This document shows, in pieces, positions 41,001-47,824 of a stretch of DNA of 64,000 nucleotides; position 1 is the stretch's first letter, and each line of letters opens with the position of its first letter. A program made the position numbers and the translations under genes. The notes under the pieces were generated by a model that was not told where the DNA came from, searched no databases, and saw only the letters and a list, made by a program, of their open reading frames with translations. This DNA comes from a virus: positions 32,001 to 96,000 of IMG/VR virus record IMGVR_UViG_3300008952_000012, one strand, 5' to 3'.

Positions 41001-42652
41001 TGACCGGGATGCTCCCGGTGGCCACCAATCACCCCGATGGGTATGGGGGGCTTATCCCTGGCGGAAACATTTCAATAGAGCTTGGTGACGGGTGCACGAT
41101 TAGCGGGAACAGCACGTACTCTGGTTATATATCAGTGGGTAATACGAGCAATTTGATGCAACAAACGGGCGGGGACATTATCCCCGGCAGTCCTAACGAT
41201 TGTAACAATGCGTCCATCGTCAATAATAAAACTTACGGCGGAACCATTTACGCCATGAGTCACGGGTTTGTAATAGCTCATAACGATGTCACAAGGGGCC
41301 TGACCAATTTCGGTGACGGTGACTACTCAACCGATTTCCACAGAGGAAAGATCAGAGTGTTCGATGGTCGAGATGGCATAATCTCTGACAACATTGTTGG
41401 GACCAGCATCGACGCCATAGACACTGATCTGGTGAAGATTGATAACAACAAAGTGCAGGGGGGTATTTACCTTCTTAACTCCCCAAATTCGATGGTCTCA
41501 AACAACACCTGTATGCATGGAGATACCCAGCAGGTAGATTCCACGACTGCTCACAACCTCTACGCTTACAACTGCTCCGGCCTCCATGTCCATGGGAACA
41601 GGTTTATCCCGAGTGGGTTGACGGAGAATAAGTACGGGTACATTAACTACATCCCTCACCCAGGGATTATGCATCCGTACGCAGCAGGCGCGGCCCAGTT
41701 TAACCTGTATAACACCAACTCTCAGTGGGCGGACGGTGGCGATGGGAACGTAGGAAGCGGCACTCCGCCACCCCTAGGAACTCAGCACCTGTTTGATGAT
41801 ATTAAGGGGATTATCTACATCAATAGTTGCCCAGACACAACCTTTACTAGCAACCACGCCTCTAAGATAGAATTCCTGGGCGACTGTGCTAGGCCCACGG
41901 TGTCCGACAACTTCTTCCTCTGGGGAGGTGCTTGGCCATGTCACCTAAACAACAAAGCCATCACTATGGGGCCGGGGGCGTACACCAACTTCACAATTTC
42001 TAACAATAGATGTATGGGGTCAATATGGCTGAAGGTGGACTTGGACGGGGTCGCTACCGGTTGTGGGGAAGACCACATGGGCAGCATCACTGGAAATAAG
42101 GTGGGCACCTATCTGATCCAAGGCACTGAGCACATCGTTGCCAATGCTGCCAACTCCTGGGGCGGCAGCGGGCCGTGGAGAGGTGGTGGCGGACTGATTA
42201 TATGTGACGCTCCCGGAGGCGTAATCATTAACGGCAACAGTCTGTGCACCCAAAAGGGTCAGATGTTCAACAATACTTCCGACTATAATAACGATTACGA
42301 TGGGAGAGAATACGGCTTCATACTGATGAATATGAAGAATCTTGCCTCTACCAGATCTACCCCAAACCACAGTTGGCCACCCACAATGTTGTCGTGGTCC
42401 ATCATAGGCAATATCATCGGCGGTTATTACGCGTATGAAGTTTACCACTACGACGCTGTTAATAATTCCTATTCCGAGACGGGAACTGGTGGCTGGGCTG
42501 ATACCGGAGCCACAGCGGAGGGGATGCAAATCTACGGATCAGGCATAGATCACCACCACGCAAACGATGGCTGGAGGAATGCCAGCAATTTCACGAGCGC
42601 TAATCATGTACACGTCACTCTTGCGCCGTCAGGCTCCCTGGACAATCAATAG
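35096..42652 (+). CDS. Giant tailspike/receptor-binding protein with a long right-handed beta-helix (pectin-lyase-like) region (2518 aa)
   Basis: From about 38790 there is a helix cap (KTLSEALRAL..WTIEI) and over 20 coil motifs of the form I/V-x-[GDN]-N (ISNN, ITDN, VSGN, IVGN, IAHN, ISDN...). Confidence 0.75.
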   Translation: MSYKYFGRLAGKTHTARKSLTESAPPNTLTPFNPQAPATKLLAYGEDATSLAFNRALSALSANVDYVASVLDAPALRREIIRPSRHTADGDWTEGGWSHGCVSLGESGSGGLSTGEDAIHIPSPGPNKVPSYWVHLGLHKTALGERVKFFRTQNQSLGGPTATGKDVNEEHVEGTPNPEITGHALATVHHIAKPDDAFLNFPMSAGSLSYFDFTYKLQGTQHYLGNEEEGLVNHIPPIERMKPNMAPYNNDWHSEQIYKWDTDGVYLKSITFSQLNLRPGCYVEISSDGDEDVNKGNNGLFQIASITRSDHVPSSGGPGDKAILTRGGLCKVTVRDWRMFGRGELVSWASAPNHMDQTADTALKPGLRKNYAHVAYIIPRPDIEGNPTDEPGDLYLARYNAGDDNPHPQDGAGYKAGRADVVNGEERYSGRYKHGDIGSPDQESFVRDHNGAVIMDALQNHGILPGTRLYHGHAHFYPSMTPWGMDPAWASPYSEVMGELDAVPDGIVGPGEPVVFDTMTVPGKVWPCSPSGFVLNPSFSFPEDNELYVGEYYADVHTLTTVKEKLSADSITKAVPANPEESILRAWHKFVRTGHLSGSNAPAWGTGHTSGDTVGIAPPKSDDLNVLGTPTKKILGGDLWHVKFEWVDVGVHEHASFEEVYESYLTNGGQAFVGDFAGYASGGDLKYHPIGLWHPIPGFPQTGVKFSSISGNHAVLYDVNMLLDTDNVHQDWDGWEYGRETWPITEDCYLFIGTAEGDVKWRISEIVKAPWVDDSIGRGKIPSHGLNSLYNNDYSSSPYLRGPNIIGTSAHGGGTGNVLWINPKRPFTTVLPGGDTLLDGNDHADGWTNAHGEIAHLTRSNNDLYISLHRLVSRGAPGTHGSVVRAELAVRHATTAAMELTDSTSDGVPNATGTRVFSEQMLSGPGGPFPLRSTKMLLTDPTTGDYGNSPEIGPFTDTDIGLNEMHSTDKEGGYPKHGVYLSNNLSKVKEESLSDNAWDDKWHKLPTFDHRSTPREVQDRSILGAIEGTLLGHFTPFSNNHPDFGDGGRGDLDTNSFGTFSNGVISGGVGWIEKMKNNTGAPDDAASIPDLNIRMEEAYFHVGGAKWYVPRQDIVMPANSGTWLVSWSPDTRKYEYFEIHDSYSGTPMGWTAGISNDKVNFQKANNIPLYVAEMSAFPGSVLSLTDIRFRVSRQDQKNSIYVGQVNPRKSEADDSARRLRTNGGYIDDSMNFKTLSEALRALDFWCRGTPTRHWTIEIVGSTYEYCYDPEDAGLADNHEHHGIEYPVRIPVNGLTIRGLPGRNPDRLDKVTGTTGWDAGSKFGGAAYKHKEFETPVVHYSHPLAKPVPGLFDLNGKFGLTFENISFKYCGDMDNIINKQGDWAADVRDVPQDVIFCAGNYDYERWELVDVDDLDYNHDRENFDNLYGGRNAPTNAAYTGGWTFRNIYIQDGGGLLTTLDAKYSIDNIVVENCQANSVLSFVTLGIDTSDLPGDQEGRGNGKHICRVSIKNNSASFPATNHKVNGQPGSALILGPLTTWVPNQGDDLFGEYYTENFGANGPGTIGKYDSKYMCGVYATQCKEIVVENNTFKSFYCGVVFGKPLKLDLTPEPGYNFEPYCEGIITSNVIQNTQSHGVVCFSGASCLSNISVTDNVIKDPGAPHGASNAQEHPNIFEWESWGIYAYMRGAQITGNKIYNEWRVSPESNWTNGGPNAGFDWVDRSGIEYATRMPCKAGGIWLQDANSGATQSEANIISDNHISLGGRALYGVLLSSYCERTVISNNVIEYKAAKAGIAADAPDYNDTDFAEMLGKYPWSVFVSRYCDENIITDNVLGANIWLDKNCDNSIVSGNIIRAPYKLTNPVASGQGGCLLRVAAWGTTISNNKLHCGMISVGADGAPATNTSIVGNDLTPFGSVMWPVNNAGPIKWMTGIFVNGGGVNILIDGNITNGGNIKAEGTGPWHNMRIVNNVTGMLPVATNHPDGYGGLIPGGNISIELGDGCTISGNSTYSGYISVGNTSNLMQQTGGDIIPGSPNDCNNASIVNNKTYGGTIYAMSHGFVIAHNDVTRGLTNFGDGDYSTDFHRGKIRVFDGRDGIISDNIVGTSIDAIDTDLVKIDNNKVQGGIYLLNSPNSMVSNNTCMHGDTQQVDSTTAHNLYAYNCSGLHVHGNRFIPSGLTENKYGYINYIPHPGIMHPYAAGAAQFNLYNTNSQWADGGDGNVGSGTPPPLGTQHLFDDIKGIIYINSCPDTTFTSNHASKIEFLGDCARPTVSDNFFLWGGAWPCHLNNKAITMGPGAYTNFTISNNRCMGSIWLKVDLDGVATGCGEDHMGSITGNKVGTYLIQGTEHIVANAANSWGGSGPWRGGGGLIICDAPGGVIINGNSLCTQKGQMFNNTSDYNNDYDGREYGFILMNMKNLASTRSTPNHSWPPTMLSWSIIGNIIGGYYAYEVYHYDAVNNSYSETGTGGWADTGATAEGMQIYGSGIDHHHANDGWRNASNFTSANHVHVTLAPSGSLDNQ

Positions 42653-42676
42653 CTAAAAAGATTCCACGCCAGACCG

Positions 42677-42721
42677 CCCTCCCCCAAGGCTTCTTTTTTT
42701 TCGCCTTTAATTGGGGGAGGG
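42677..42721. terminator. Hairpin between the convergent structural (+) and replication (-) operons
   Basis: Inverted repeat CCCTCCCCCAA (42677-42687) / TTGGGGGAGGG (42711-42721) with an inner AAGGC/GCCTT pair and a T-rich loop. Confidence 0.6.
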
Positions 42722-42762
42722 TGATCGGAATGGAGCATTGGTTACTACTCGCTGAGAGTAGC

Positions 42763-43152
42763 CTACGAAATAGCACCAGAAGCAGCGGCCTCAGTAGCAC
42801 CAGCCACGAGGGCTTCGGCAAGCTTCTGCTTGTTCATCTTCGAGTAACCAGAGACACCTTGCTCACGAGCAGCGAGGCGCAAGTCCTTGACAGACTTTGC
42901 GTCCATGACTGCTTGCACGGCTTCGGTAACCACGGGCTTCGCGGCCTTCTTGGTCTTCGTCTTCTGGGTTGTGTTTGCAAGCTTCTTGGCCTCGATACGC
43001 TTGCGTGCAAGTGCACGACGCTTCTGGGCGCTACGCTTGATAGAGTTGGAAGTTCCTTCGATACCTTTCACGGTATAGAAAGTTGTGACGCCAATAAGAA
43101 CAGCTTGGACGGCACGGATGAGGGCGGGGTTCTTCAAAAAGTTACCAACCAT
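42763..43152 (-). CDS. Basic protein with a C-terminal Rho_N-like helical nucleic-acid-binding motif
   Basis: AAGGAGG RBS. SVKDLRLAAREQGVSGYSKMNKQKLAEAL resembles the Rho N-terminal domain consensus. The N-terminus is hydrophobic. Confidence 0.65.
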   Translation of the reverse strand: MVGNFLKNPALIRAVQAVLIGVTTFYTVKGIEGTSNSIKRSAQKRRALARKRIEAKKLANTTQKTKTKKAAKPVVTEAVQAVMDAKSVKDLRLAAREQGVSGYSKMNKQKLAEALVAGATEAAASGAIS

Positions 43153-43209
43153 AATATCCTCCTTCAGGATGCATGTGGATTTCGATGAGAGAGTATTCTT
43201 CCATCACTA

Positions 43210-43242
43210 TTCTTATGCCTAAAAAGGGGGGCGTTTTTGCGC
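43210..43242 (-). promoter_or_regulatory. Putative phage promoter GCGCAA-N17-GGCATAAGAA
   Basis: The minus strand reads GCGCAA (43242-43237), a 17 nt spacer, then GGCATAAGAA (43219-43210). Boxes and spacing are identical at 44212-44244. Confidence 0.6.
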
Positions 43243-43247
43243 CCCCC
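43221..43247 (-). terminator. Rho-independent terminator after the phosphoesterase gene
   Basis: 8 bp GC stem GGGGGGCG/CGCCCCCC followed by TTTTT on the minus strand. Confidence 0.75.
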
Positions 43248-43262
43248 GAGCCATATTAGGCT

Positions 43263-44036
43263 CTAATTAATGTGGATAGGGTCGCAGTAGACCGTGTCCG
43301 CTTTCACGGACAGATACCCAACGTCACCGTTGCGAAACAGAAGCGCTGCACAAAGCTGCCCACCGTGAACACACCCGAGGTCAAGACCTGTGGCGTGCTT
43401 GAACTTCTTGGGATTTCCATCTTGGTTCAGCCAGGGCTGGTGGCCAAAATAGACATGCCCGAATCTGTTGTCATACAGTTCGGCCCAGAAGACATCTCGG
43501 TCTGTCTCTTCCCCAAACGTGACCATAGAACCGGCATCGTCTACGAAGCGAATGAACATTGTTCTTTCCGCCCGCCGTCGTTGCTTGTTCGACAGTTCGC
43601 TTAGATCATCAGGCATCGTTTCCATTTTAGGAGTGATCCCGCCATGAACAACAGAGAAGCCGTCACGCTTCACGTAAGTAACGACCTTGAAGCGTAACCA
43701 ATCGCGAAGCTCCTGGTCTGTTGACTCCATGACTCCAGAGAGTTCAATGGAGCCCTTCATCTCCATAGCCTTCTCCACGTCTCCGGCTTCGGCCTTCTTC
43801 CAGAATCGAATGTTCTTCGACTCGTGGTTTCCCTGAACAACGGTCGCCAAGCTACCCATGTCACGTACGTACCGGAGCACTCCTGCACTATCCGGCCCCT
43901 TGTCAACGAGATCACCAACGAAGATAAACTCGTTCACCGCGTCATCTGTGGGCGTCATGAGCCGATCTATCGCGCCCATTAGCTCCTTGAGTTCTTTGAG
44001 ACATCCGTGGACGTCGCCAATGATTGCTTTTGCCAT
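43263..44036 (-). CDS. Calcineurin-like metallophosphoesterase (PPP/ApaH/PrpE family)
   Basis: Full motif set IGDVHG, VGDLVDKGP, GNHE, VHGG, FGH and GLDLGC. The start is placed at ATG 44036 because of the GGAGG RBS. Confidence 0.9.
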   Translation of the reverse strand: MAKAIIGDVHGCLKELKELMGAIDRLMTPTDDAVNEFIFVGDLVDKGPDSAGVLRYVRDMGSLATVVQGNHESKNIRFWKKAEAGDVEKAMEMKGSIELSGVMESTDQELRDWLRFKVVTYVKRDGFSVVHGGITPKMETMPDDLSELSNKQRRRAERTMFIRFVDDAGSMVTFGEETDRDVFWAELYDNRFGHVYFGHQPWLNQDGNPKKFKHATGLDLGCVHGGQLCAALLFRNGDVGYLSVKADTVYCDPIHIN

Positions 44037-44176
44037 TTCTCCTCCTTTACCAGTCCTGTGCCTGAGCACTTTGTGCATCTGTCAGAAGCCTCCTTTAGGC
44101 TACTTCCGTATCCGTTACAGTGACCACATTCAACGTACCCATACTTTTGGGGATTGAGCATTACTTCGAAATCCAT
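43979..44176 (-). CDS. Small DnaJ-type zinc-finger protein
   Basis: Two CxxCxGxG motifs (CGHCNGYG, CTKCSGTG) and a GGAGG RBS. Confidence 0.65.
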   Translation of the reverse strand: MDFEVMLNPQKYGYVECGHCNGYGSSLKEASDRCTKCSGTGLVKEEKWQKQSLATSTDVSKNSRS

Positions 44177-44211
44177 ACCTTCCTCCTAAGGTTGTTGTGG
44201 GGCCTCCATAG

Positions 44212-44244
44212 TTCTTATGCCATTATTATCGTGTGATATTGCGC
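44212..44244 (-). promoter_or_regulatory. Putative phage promoter GCGCAA-N17-GGCATAAGAA
   Basis: Second exact copy of both boxes with a 17 nt spacer, 36 nt upstream of the 44176 ATG. Confidence 0.6.
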
Positions 44245-44248
44245 ACAT

Positions 44249-44289
44249 AAAAAAAGAGAGGAGGCCTTCCGAAGAAGACCCCCTCTCTC
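44249..44289 (-). terminator. Rho-independent terminator with a cUUCGg tetraloop
   Basis: The minus strand reads GAGAGAGGGGTCTTC-TTCG-GAAGGCCTCCTCTC followed by T7. Confidence 0.8.
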
Positions 44290-44315
44290 ACCACAACCCC
44301 GAAGGAGGACGGGGA

Positions 44316-45062
44316 CTACTTTACGTACTTGCTAGGATTAGGAATTCTTGTGAGATCCTTAATCATGTCATCATCCTCATCCACAATGAGTGTGTTGACG
44401 ACATAGACTAGCGCGTTCGCGAGTAGATTATTTGCGTCCGTCTGCTCCTGTCGAACAGCCTGTAGTTGGGCCTCAAGACTTGAGAGCCTATCCAACAGGC
44501 CGCTGACATCGAAAGCCTCTTGCACAACAGGTGCGCTAACAGACTCTACCTGAGCAGCTTCTTCCGCAGGTGTCTCAACCTTCTTGAAGCCCGTCTTAGC
44601 ACTCTTTTTAGTAGCCACAGCCTTTTTCTTTTTGGTTGCTGTTGCTTTCTTTGCAGGTGCTTTATTTTCCGCCGTAGCGTCCTTACGTGGCCTACCGCGC
44701 TTCCTCTTGGGAGGCGCAGCTTCAGGCTTTTCCGCCGTCTCTTCTTTGGCCTCGCTATCTTCAACATCCCCGTCTTCAGGTTCTGGCGGCCACTCAGGAG
44801 CGGTGCCGTCACCCAGAATAAACTTCTGTAGACGCTTGATGTACGGCCCAACGCCGCTGCGGAATGTGTCCTCGATCCCGACGCCACTGATGCTTAGGCC
44901 AGCGAATTCTTCCGCTCTCTCATGAATCCATGAGACTACCTCAGCTTCTTTCATCGTGTACGCGTCGAGAGGCTCAAGCCCCATTCCTACGATTGCAATT
45001 TTTCTCAATTCGGCACGGTCTAAAGGACCGAGCATTTTCTTTGTAAAGCGTTTAGTCGCCAT
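44316..45062 (-). CDS. AT-hook / histone H1-like nucleoid-associated protein
   Basis: Start at ATG 45062 (GGAGG RBS). KRKRGRPRK at 44682-44708, a Lys/Ala-rich linker (KAPAKKATATKKKKAVATKK) and a C-terminal coiled coil. Confidence 0.65.
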   Translation of the reverse strand: MATKRFTKKMLGPLDRAELRKIAIVGMGLEPLDAYTMKEAEVVSWIHERAEEFAGLSISGVGIEDTFRSGVGPYIKRLQKFILGDGTAPEWPPEPEDGDVEDSEAKEETAEKPEAAPPKRKRGRPRKDATAENKAPAKKATATKKKKAVATKKSAKTGFKKVETPAEEAAQVESVSAPVVQEAFDVSGLLDRLSSLEAQLQAVRQEQTDANNLLANALVYVVNTLIVDEDDDMIKDLTRIPNPSKYVK

Positions 45063-45342
45063 AGTTTTTTTCCTCCATAAGCTTGCTGTGACAATACACA
45101 ACTACGCCATCATGATGATTGTAACAATTACCATCACAAGGCAGTGATAGCTTGTTGCGGTTCTCCTTAATATACTCTGTTAACTTGTCTCTGATTGGGT
45201 TAAGGGCGCTGTTTGGGACTTCATCAGTCTTATACTGAAGAAAGTCGTGTAATTGCTCTACGGGGGTTGATGGGCACGCCCGGACTCCCATCTGTTCCCA
45301 TACGATGTGTAATAGCTCGCTTTTGTTTGTTTTCGGGTTCAA
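45052..45342 (-). CDS. Small protein with a Cys/His cluster
   Basis: TTG start after AGGAG, adjacent to the rusA stop. PCDGNCYNHH...YCH motif. Confidence 0.55.
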   Translation of the reverse strand: MNPKTNKSELLHIVWEQMGVRACPSTPVEQLHDFLQYKTDEVPNSALNPIRDKLTEYIKENRNKLSLPCDGNCYNHHDGVVVYCHSKLMEEKNYGD

Positions 45343-45774
45343 TCACAACTCCTGGATGCTAAATCGAATACCTACAAAGTCATTATCCGGCCCGTGGTGC
45401 TTTTTCACAAACTCTTCAATAAAGCACGAGTCGTCGATTGCCAAGCACTCAGCGATAACGTCCTCTAGCACCTTTACGAGGTTAGACACATCGCGCCGCT
45501 TATATCTAGTCTTCGCCTTCTTTGGCCATCCTTTATTGTACAATGATGGCAGAAAATAGTGAATATTCAATCGGTACGGGTGATCCGGGTTCAGCGGTTT
45601 TTTGCTGAAACCTACCTGCTTTGCTATTTGAACAGAGGCTCTCGCCTTGAACTGCTTCATTTTAGACGAAGGGCGTGGCCCACGTGTTGTGTAGACATAC
45701 ATGTCGTTTACCGATGGGGGGAGAATTGAAATCTCGGCCTCGAAAACAACAGTATTGTCGTCATTAATCTTCAT
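45343..45774 (-). CDS. rusA: RusA-like Holliday junction resolvase
   Basis: PPSVN.MY, RRDVSNLVKVLED and IDDS motifs of the RusA family. Confidence 0.85.
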   Translation of the reverse strand: MKINDDNTVVFEAEISILPPSVNDMYVYTTRGPRPSSKMKQFKARASVQIAKQVGFSKKPLNPDHPYRLNIHYFLPSLYNKGWPKKAKTRYKRRDVSNLVKVLEDVIAECLAIDDSCFIEEFVKKHHGPDNDFVGIRFSIQEL

Positions 45775-46336
45775 TCCCTATCCGTTTAAATGCCCCTGGG
45801 TATGATTTCGTAGACTGTTTAGGGGGGGATGTAAAAAAGTCTTCATCTCTGTCACTTTCGTTCTGGGTTCTAAACCATAGTTCTCTTCCGATCCTATCCA
45901 TACACTTGCTTACTTTCCGCTTCCGGTCTTCCTGGACGGCCAGCTTAGCCTTGAAGTACGTATAGTCGCGAAGCGCTCCGACGACGTCTGGGTCTGTTTC
46001 AACCGCTGCCTTTCTCTGATCCGAGTTTGTCAGCTTGGAGTCTGATGCGACACGCTTTGTCGCCTCGGCGCTCTTAAGCCCCAACCTAGCTTTGCTCACA
46101 GAGGAGTAACACGTATCCTGCGCAACCTGATCAGTGAGATAAGCATAGTAGGACAAGAACTCGTCGTATAGATCTTTTAGGAACCCATTTGACTTACTGC
46201 TCAGCCCCGGCGGGATAATTGGTTCCGTACCCGGTGGCTCTTTACTTGGAGAAAACCCGGTTACCCGGAGGTCTTCTTCTAACGTTTCTCGTAGGTCAAG
46301 GAAGAGGTCCCCTCCCTTGCTATTTTTTCCTGCCAT
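45764..46336 (-). CDS. Helical protein, possibly a UvsY-like recombination mediator
   Basis: All-helical, with a KAAVETDPDV...Y segment reminiscent of UvsY, and located in the recombination cluster. The functional call is weak. Confidence 0.4.
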   Translation of the reverse strand: MAGKNSKGGDLFLDLRETLEEDLRVTGFSPSKEPPGTEPIIPPGLSSKSNGFLKDLYDEFLSYYAYLTDQVAQDTCYSSVSKARLGLKSAEATKRVASDSKLTNSDQRKAAVETDPDVVGALRDYTYFKAKLAVQEDRKRKVSKCMDRIGRELWFRTQNESDRDEDFFTSPPKQSTKSYPGAFKRIGNED

Positions 46337-46355
46337 TTATCCCCCTTCCGGATGG

Positions 46356-47063
46356 TTAAAATTCTGGGTTGCACACATGGGCAAACTTGCATGTTCTACA
46401 AACCCACTTGTCCGGCTCTCGCGGAGGCTCAGTACCTTTCTCGATATGGCCCTCCACGTGCTTTATGACATCAAGAACGTCTTCCCAGACCGAGTTTTCA
46501 AACTTAATCTTGAAGAGCCTCATTGAGCCCGTGGCACGGTTTACATAAAGAAGCTGGCACCGTGGGATATCCAACGCAAACATGTATGCGTGGATTTGGT
46601 AGATGTGATCAACCTTCGGCTTTGTCAGGTTTCTGTAGACACTTTCGCCCACAGTCTTTATTTCCAGAACCCACTCTTTGTCGTAGAAAACCCCGTCGCA
46701 ATGACCGGCAATATGCAGGTCCTCAAAATTTACCGGGACCTCAGACTTAAAGTCATCAAACTTCTTTTCTAACTTCGACTGGATCATGTCATGCAGGGCG
46801 TGCCCCATGTCAAACAGCATCCGTAGGTCTGCCGGGATTCTGCTCTCTGGCTCTTCGCCAGTTCTGTCGTACCAAACTGCCCTTTTACAAGCACCGGGGT
46901 TTAATGAAGAGGGGTGGTAAACGTTTGTCTTCCTGCTCCACTCTTCTTTGTTCATCTCCTCGTGGAGAGTATCCAGCGCGTTTATTACATCAAAACTTTT
47001 ATCCCATTCCGGGGCCTCTTCCCTGAGGCACCTTTCTGGTATCTTGAATTTCTTCTTTGTCAT
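46356..47063 (-). CDS. Cas4-like PD-(D/E)XK exonuclease with Fe-S cysteines
   Basis: HPSSL...CKR..WY, GHALH, GHCDG, LEIKT, QIHAY and C-terminal CRTCKFAHVC. Confidence 0.85.
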   Translation of the reverse strand: MTKKKFKIPERCLREEAPEWDKSFDVINALDTLHEEMNKEEWSRKTNVYHPSSLNPGACKRAVWYDRTGEEPESRIPADLRMLFDMGHALHDMIQSKLEKKFDDFKSEVPVNFEDLHIAGHCDGVFYDKEWVLEIKTVGESVYRNLTKPKVDHIYQIHAYMFALDIPRCQLLYVNRATGSMRLFKIKFENSVWEDVLDVIKHVEGHIEKGTEPPREPDKWVCRTCKFAHVCNPEF

Positions 47064-47824
47064 CAGATTCCCTTTGCGAACTCAAGAAACTTCTCATAGC
47101 TCATAAGAATGTATTCGTTGGAGTTGGCTGTAAATGTTATTCCAGCCCCAGATAGAAGCTTCTGTACGTGATGCAGAGTCACGGTAAAGCTTTTCTTTGG
47201 CGGCCTACCGCCAAGAGCCCTGACCTCAGAAAACGAGGACAGGTGGCTTTCTTCGAGTTCCTGCTTTGGAACAATGGCGATTTCCCCGCCTTTTCGTAAT
47301 TCAATAATATAAGCTGGGACCTTGCCCTGTGAGTAAGCCTGCTTCCTCAGAAAATCCAAGTCTTTAAGGCTCAGGCTGACGCGGTCGGACTTAGTCGTCT
47401 TTGCCTCTACAAGGATGCTCGGCGTCACGACATCTCTTTTATAGCCCCACCGAGATCCGGATGCTGGTTGCCGCTTACCATCGAGGTCGTCAGCGATTCT
47501 AGTTTCTTGCTTTTTGCTTATCTCGTGGTTTGTTAGCACGGCTTCAGCCTCCTCTATTACAATGTAATAGTTCTTGTTTTCGTATATTTCCCCGGCAACC
47601 TTGGTCCAGTCTATCCGCCCCAAGATCATTCTTGCTAACTCTAAAAACTTCTCTGGTACATGTGCGAGGACCGCAAGGCCACTGCTTACGTGCGTAATGT
47701 TATAATCAGATTCCGTGCGCGCACCGCCAGGGGTCTTATGCATAAAGAGCCCGGGCAGAAACGGCAGCGCATCGATTAGTACAAACTTTCCTTGCGGCCC
47801 CGTACATATACTAAGTCTAGCCAT
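47063..47824 (-). CDS. Hjc-like PD-(D/E)XK resolvase domain fused to an unknown N-terminal domain
   Basis: KKQETRIA...RQPASGS...KRDV...LVEAKTT. The start is probably ATG 47824, overlapping the recA-like stop. Confidence 0.7.
   Translation of the reverse strand: MARLSICTGPQGKFVLIDALPFLPGLFMHKTPGGARTESDYNITHVSSGLAVLAHVPEKFLELARMILGRIDWTKVAGEIYENKNYYIVIEEAEAVLTNHEISKKQETRIADDLDGKRQPASGSRWGYKRDVVTPSILVEAKTTKSDRVSLSLKDLDFLRKQAYSQGKVPAYIIELRKGGEIAIVPKQELEESHLSSFSEVRALGGRPPKKSFTVTLHHVQKLLSGAGITFTANSNEYILMSYEKFLEFAKGI

Noticed and set aside
12858-42652. Extracellular contractile injection system or tailocin rather than a phage
   Set aside because: The same window encodes a portal, DNA polymerase, primase, helicases and a phage sigma factor.
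28929-42652. Diversity-generating retroelement acting on the fibre genes
   Set aside because: No reverse transcriptase was seen, and no near-identical template/variable repeat pair differing at adenines.
42763-45062. K-x-A strings in the Lys/Ala-rich minus-strand proteins as members of the processing family
   Set aside because: They occur in low-complexity Lys/Ala tracts without the E-K-x-A context or leader/body switch, so they are treated as background.
46356-47063. Cas4-like gene as evidence of a CRISPR-Cas system
   Set aside because: No repeat-spacer array or other cas gene is visible. Stand-alone Cas4-like exonucleases are common in phage replication modules.
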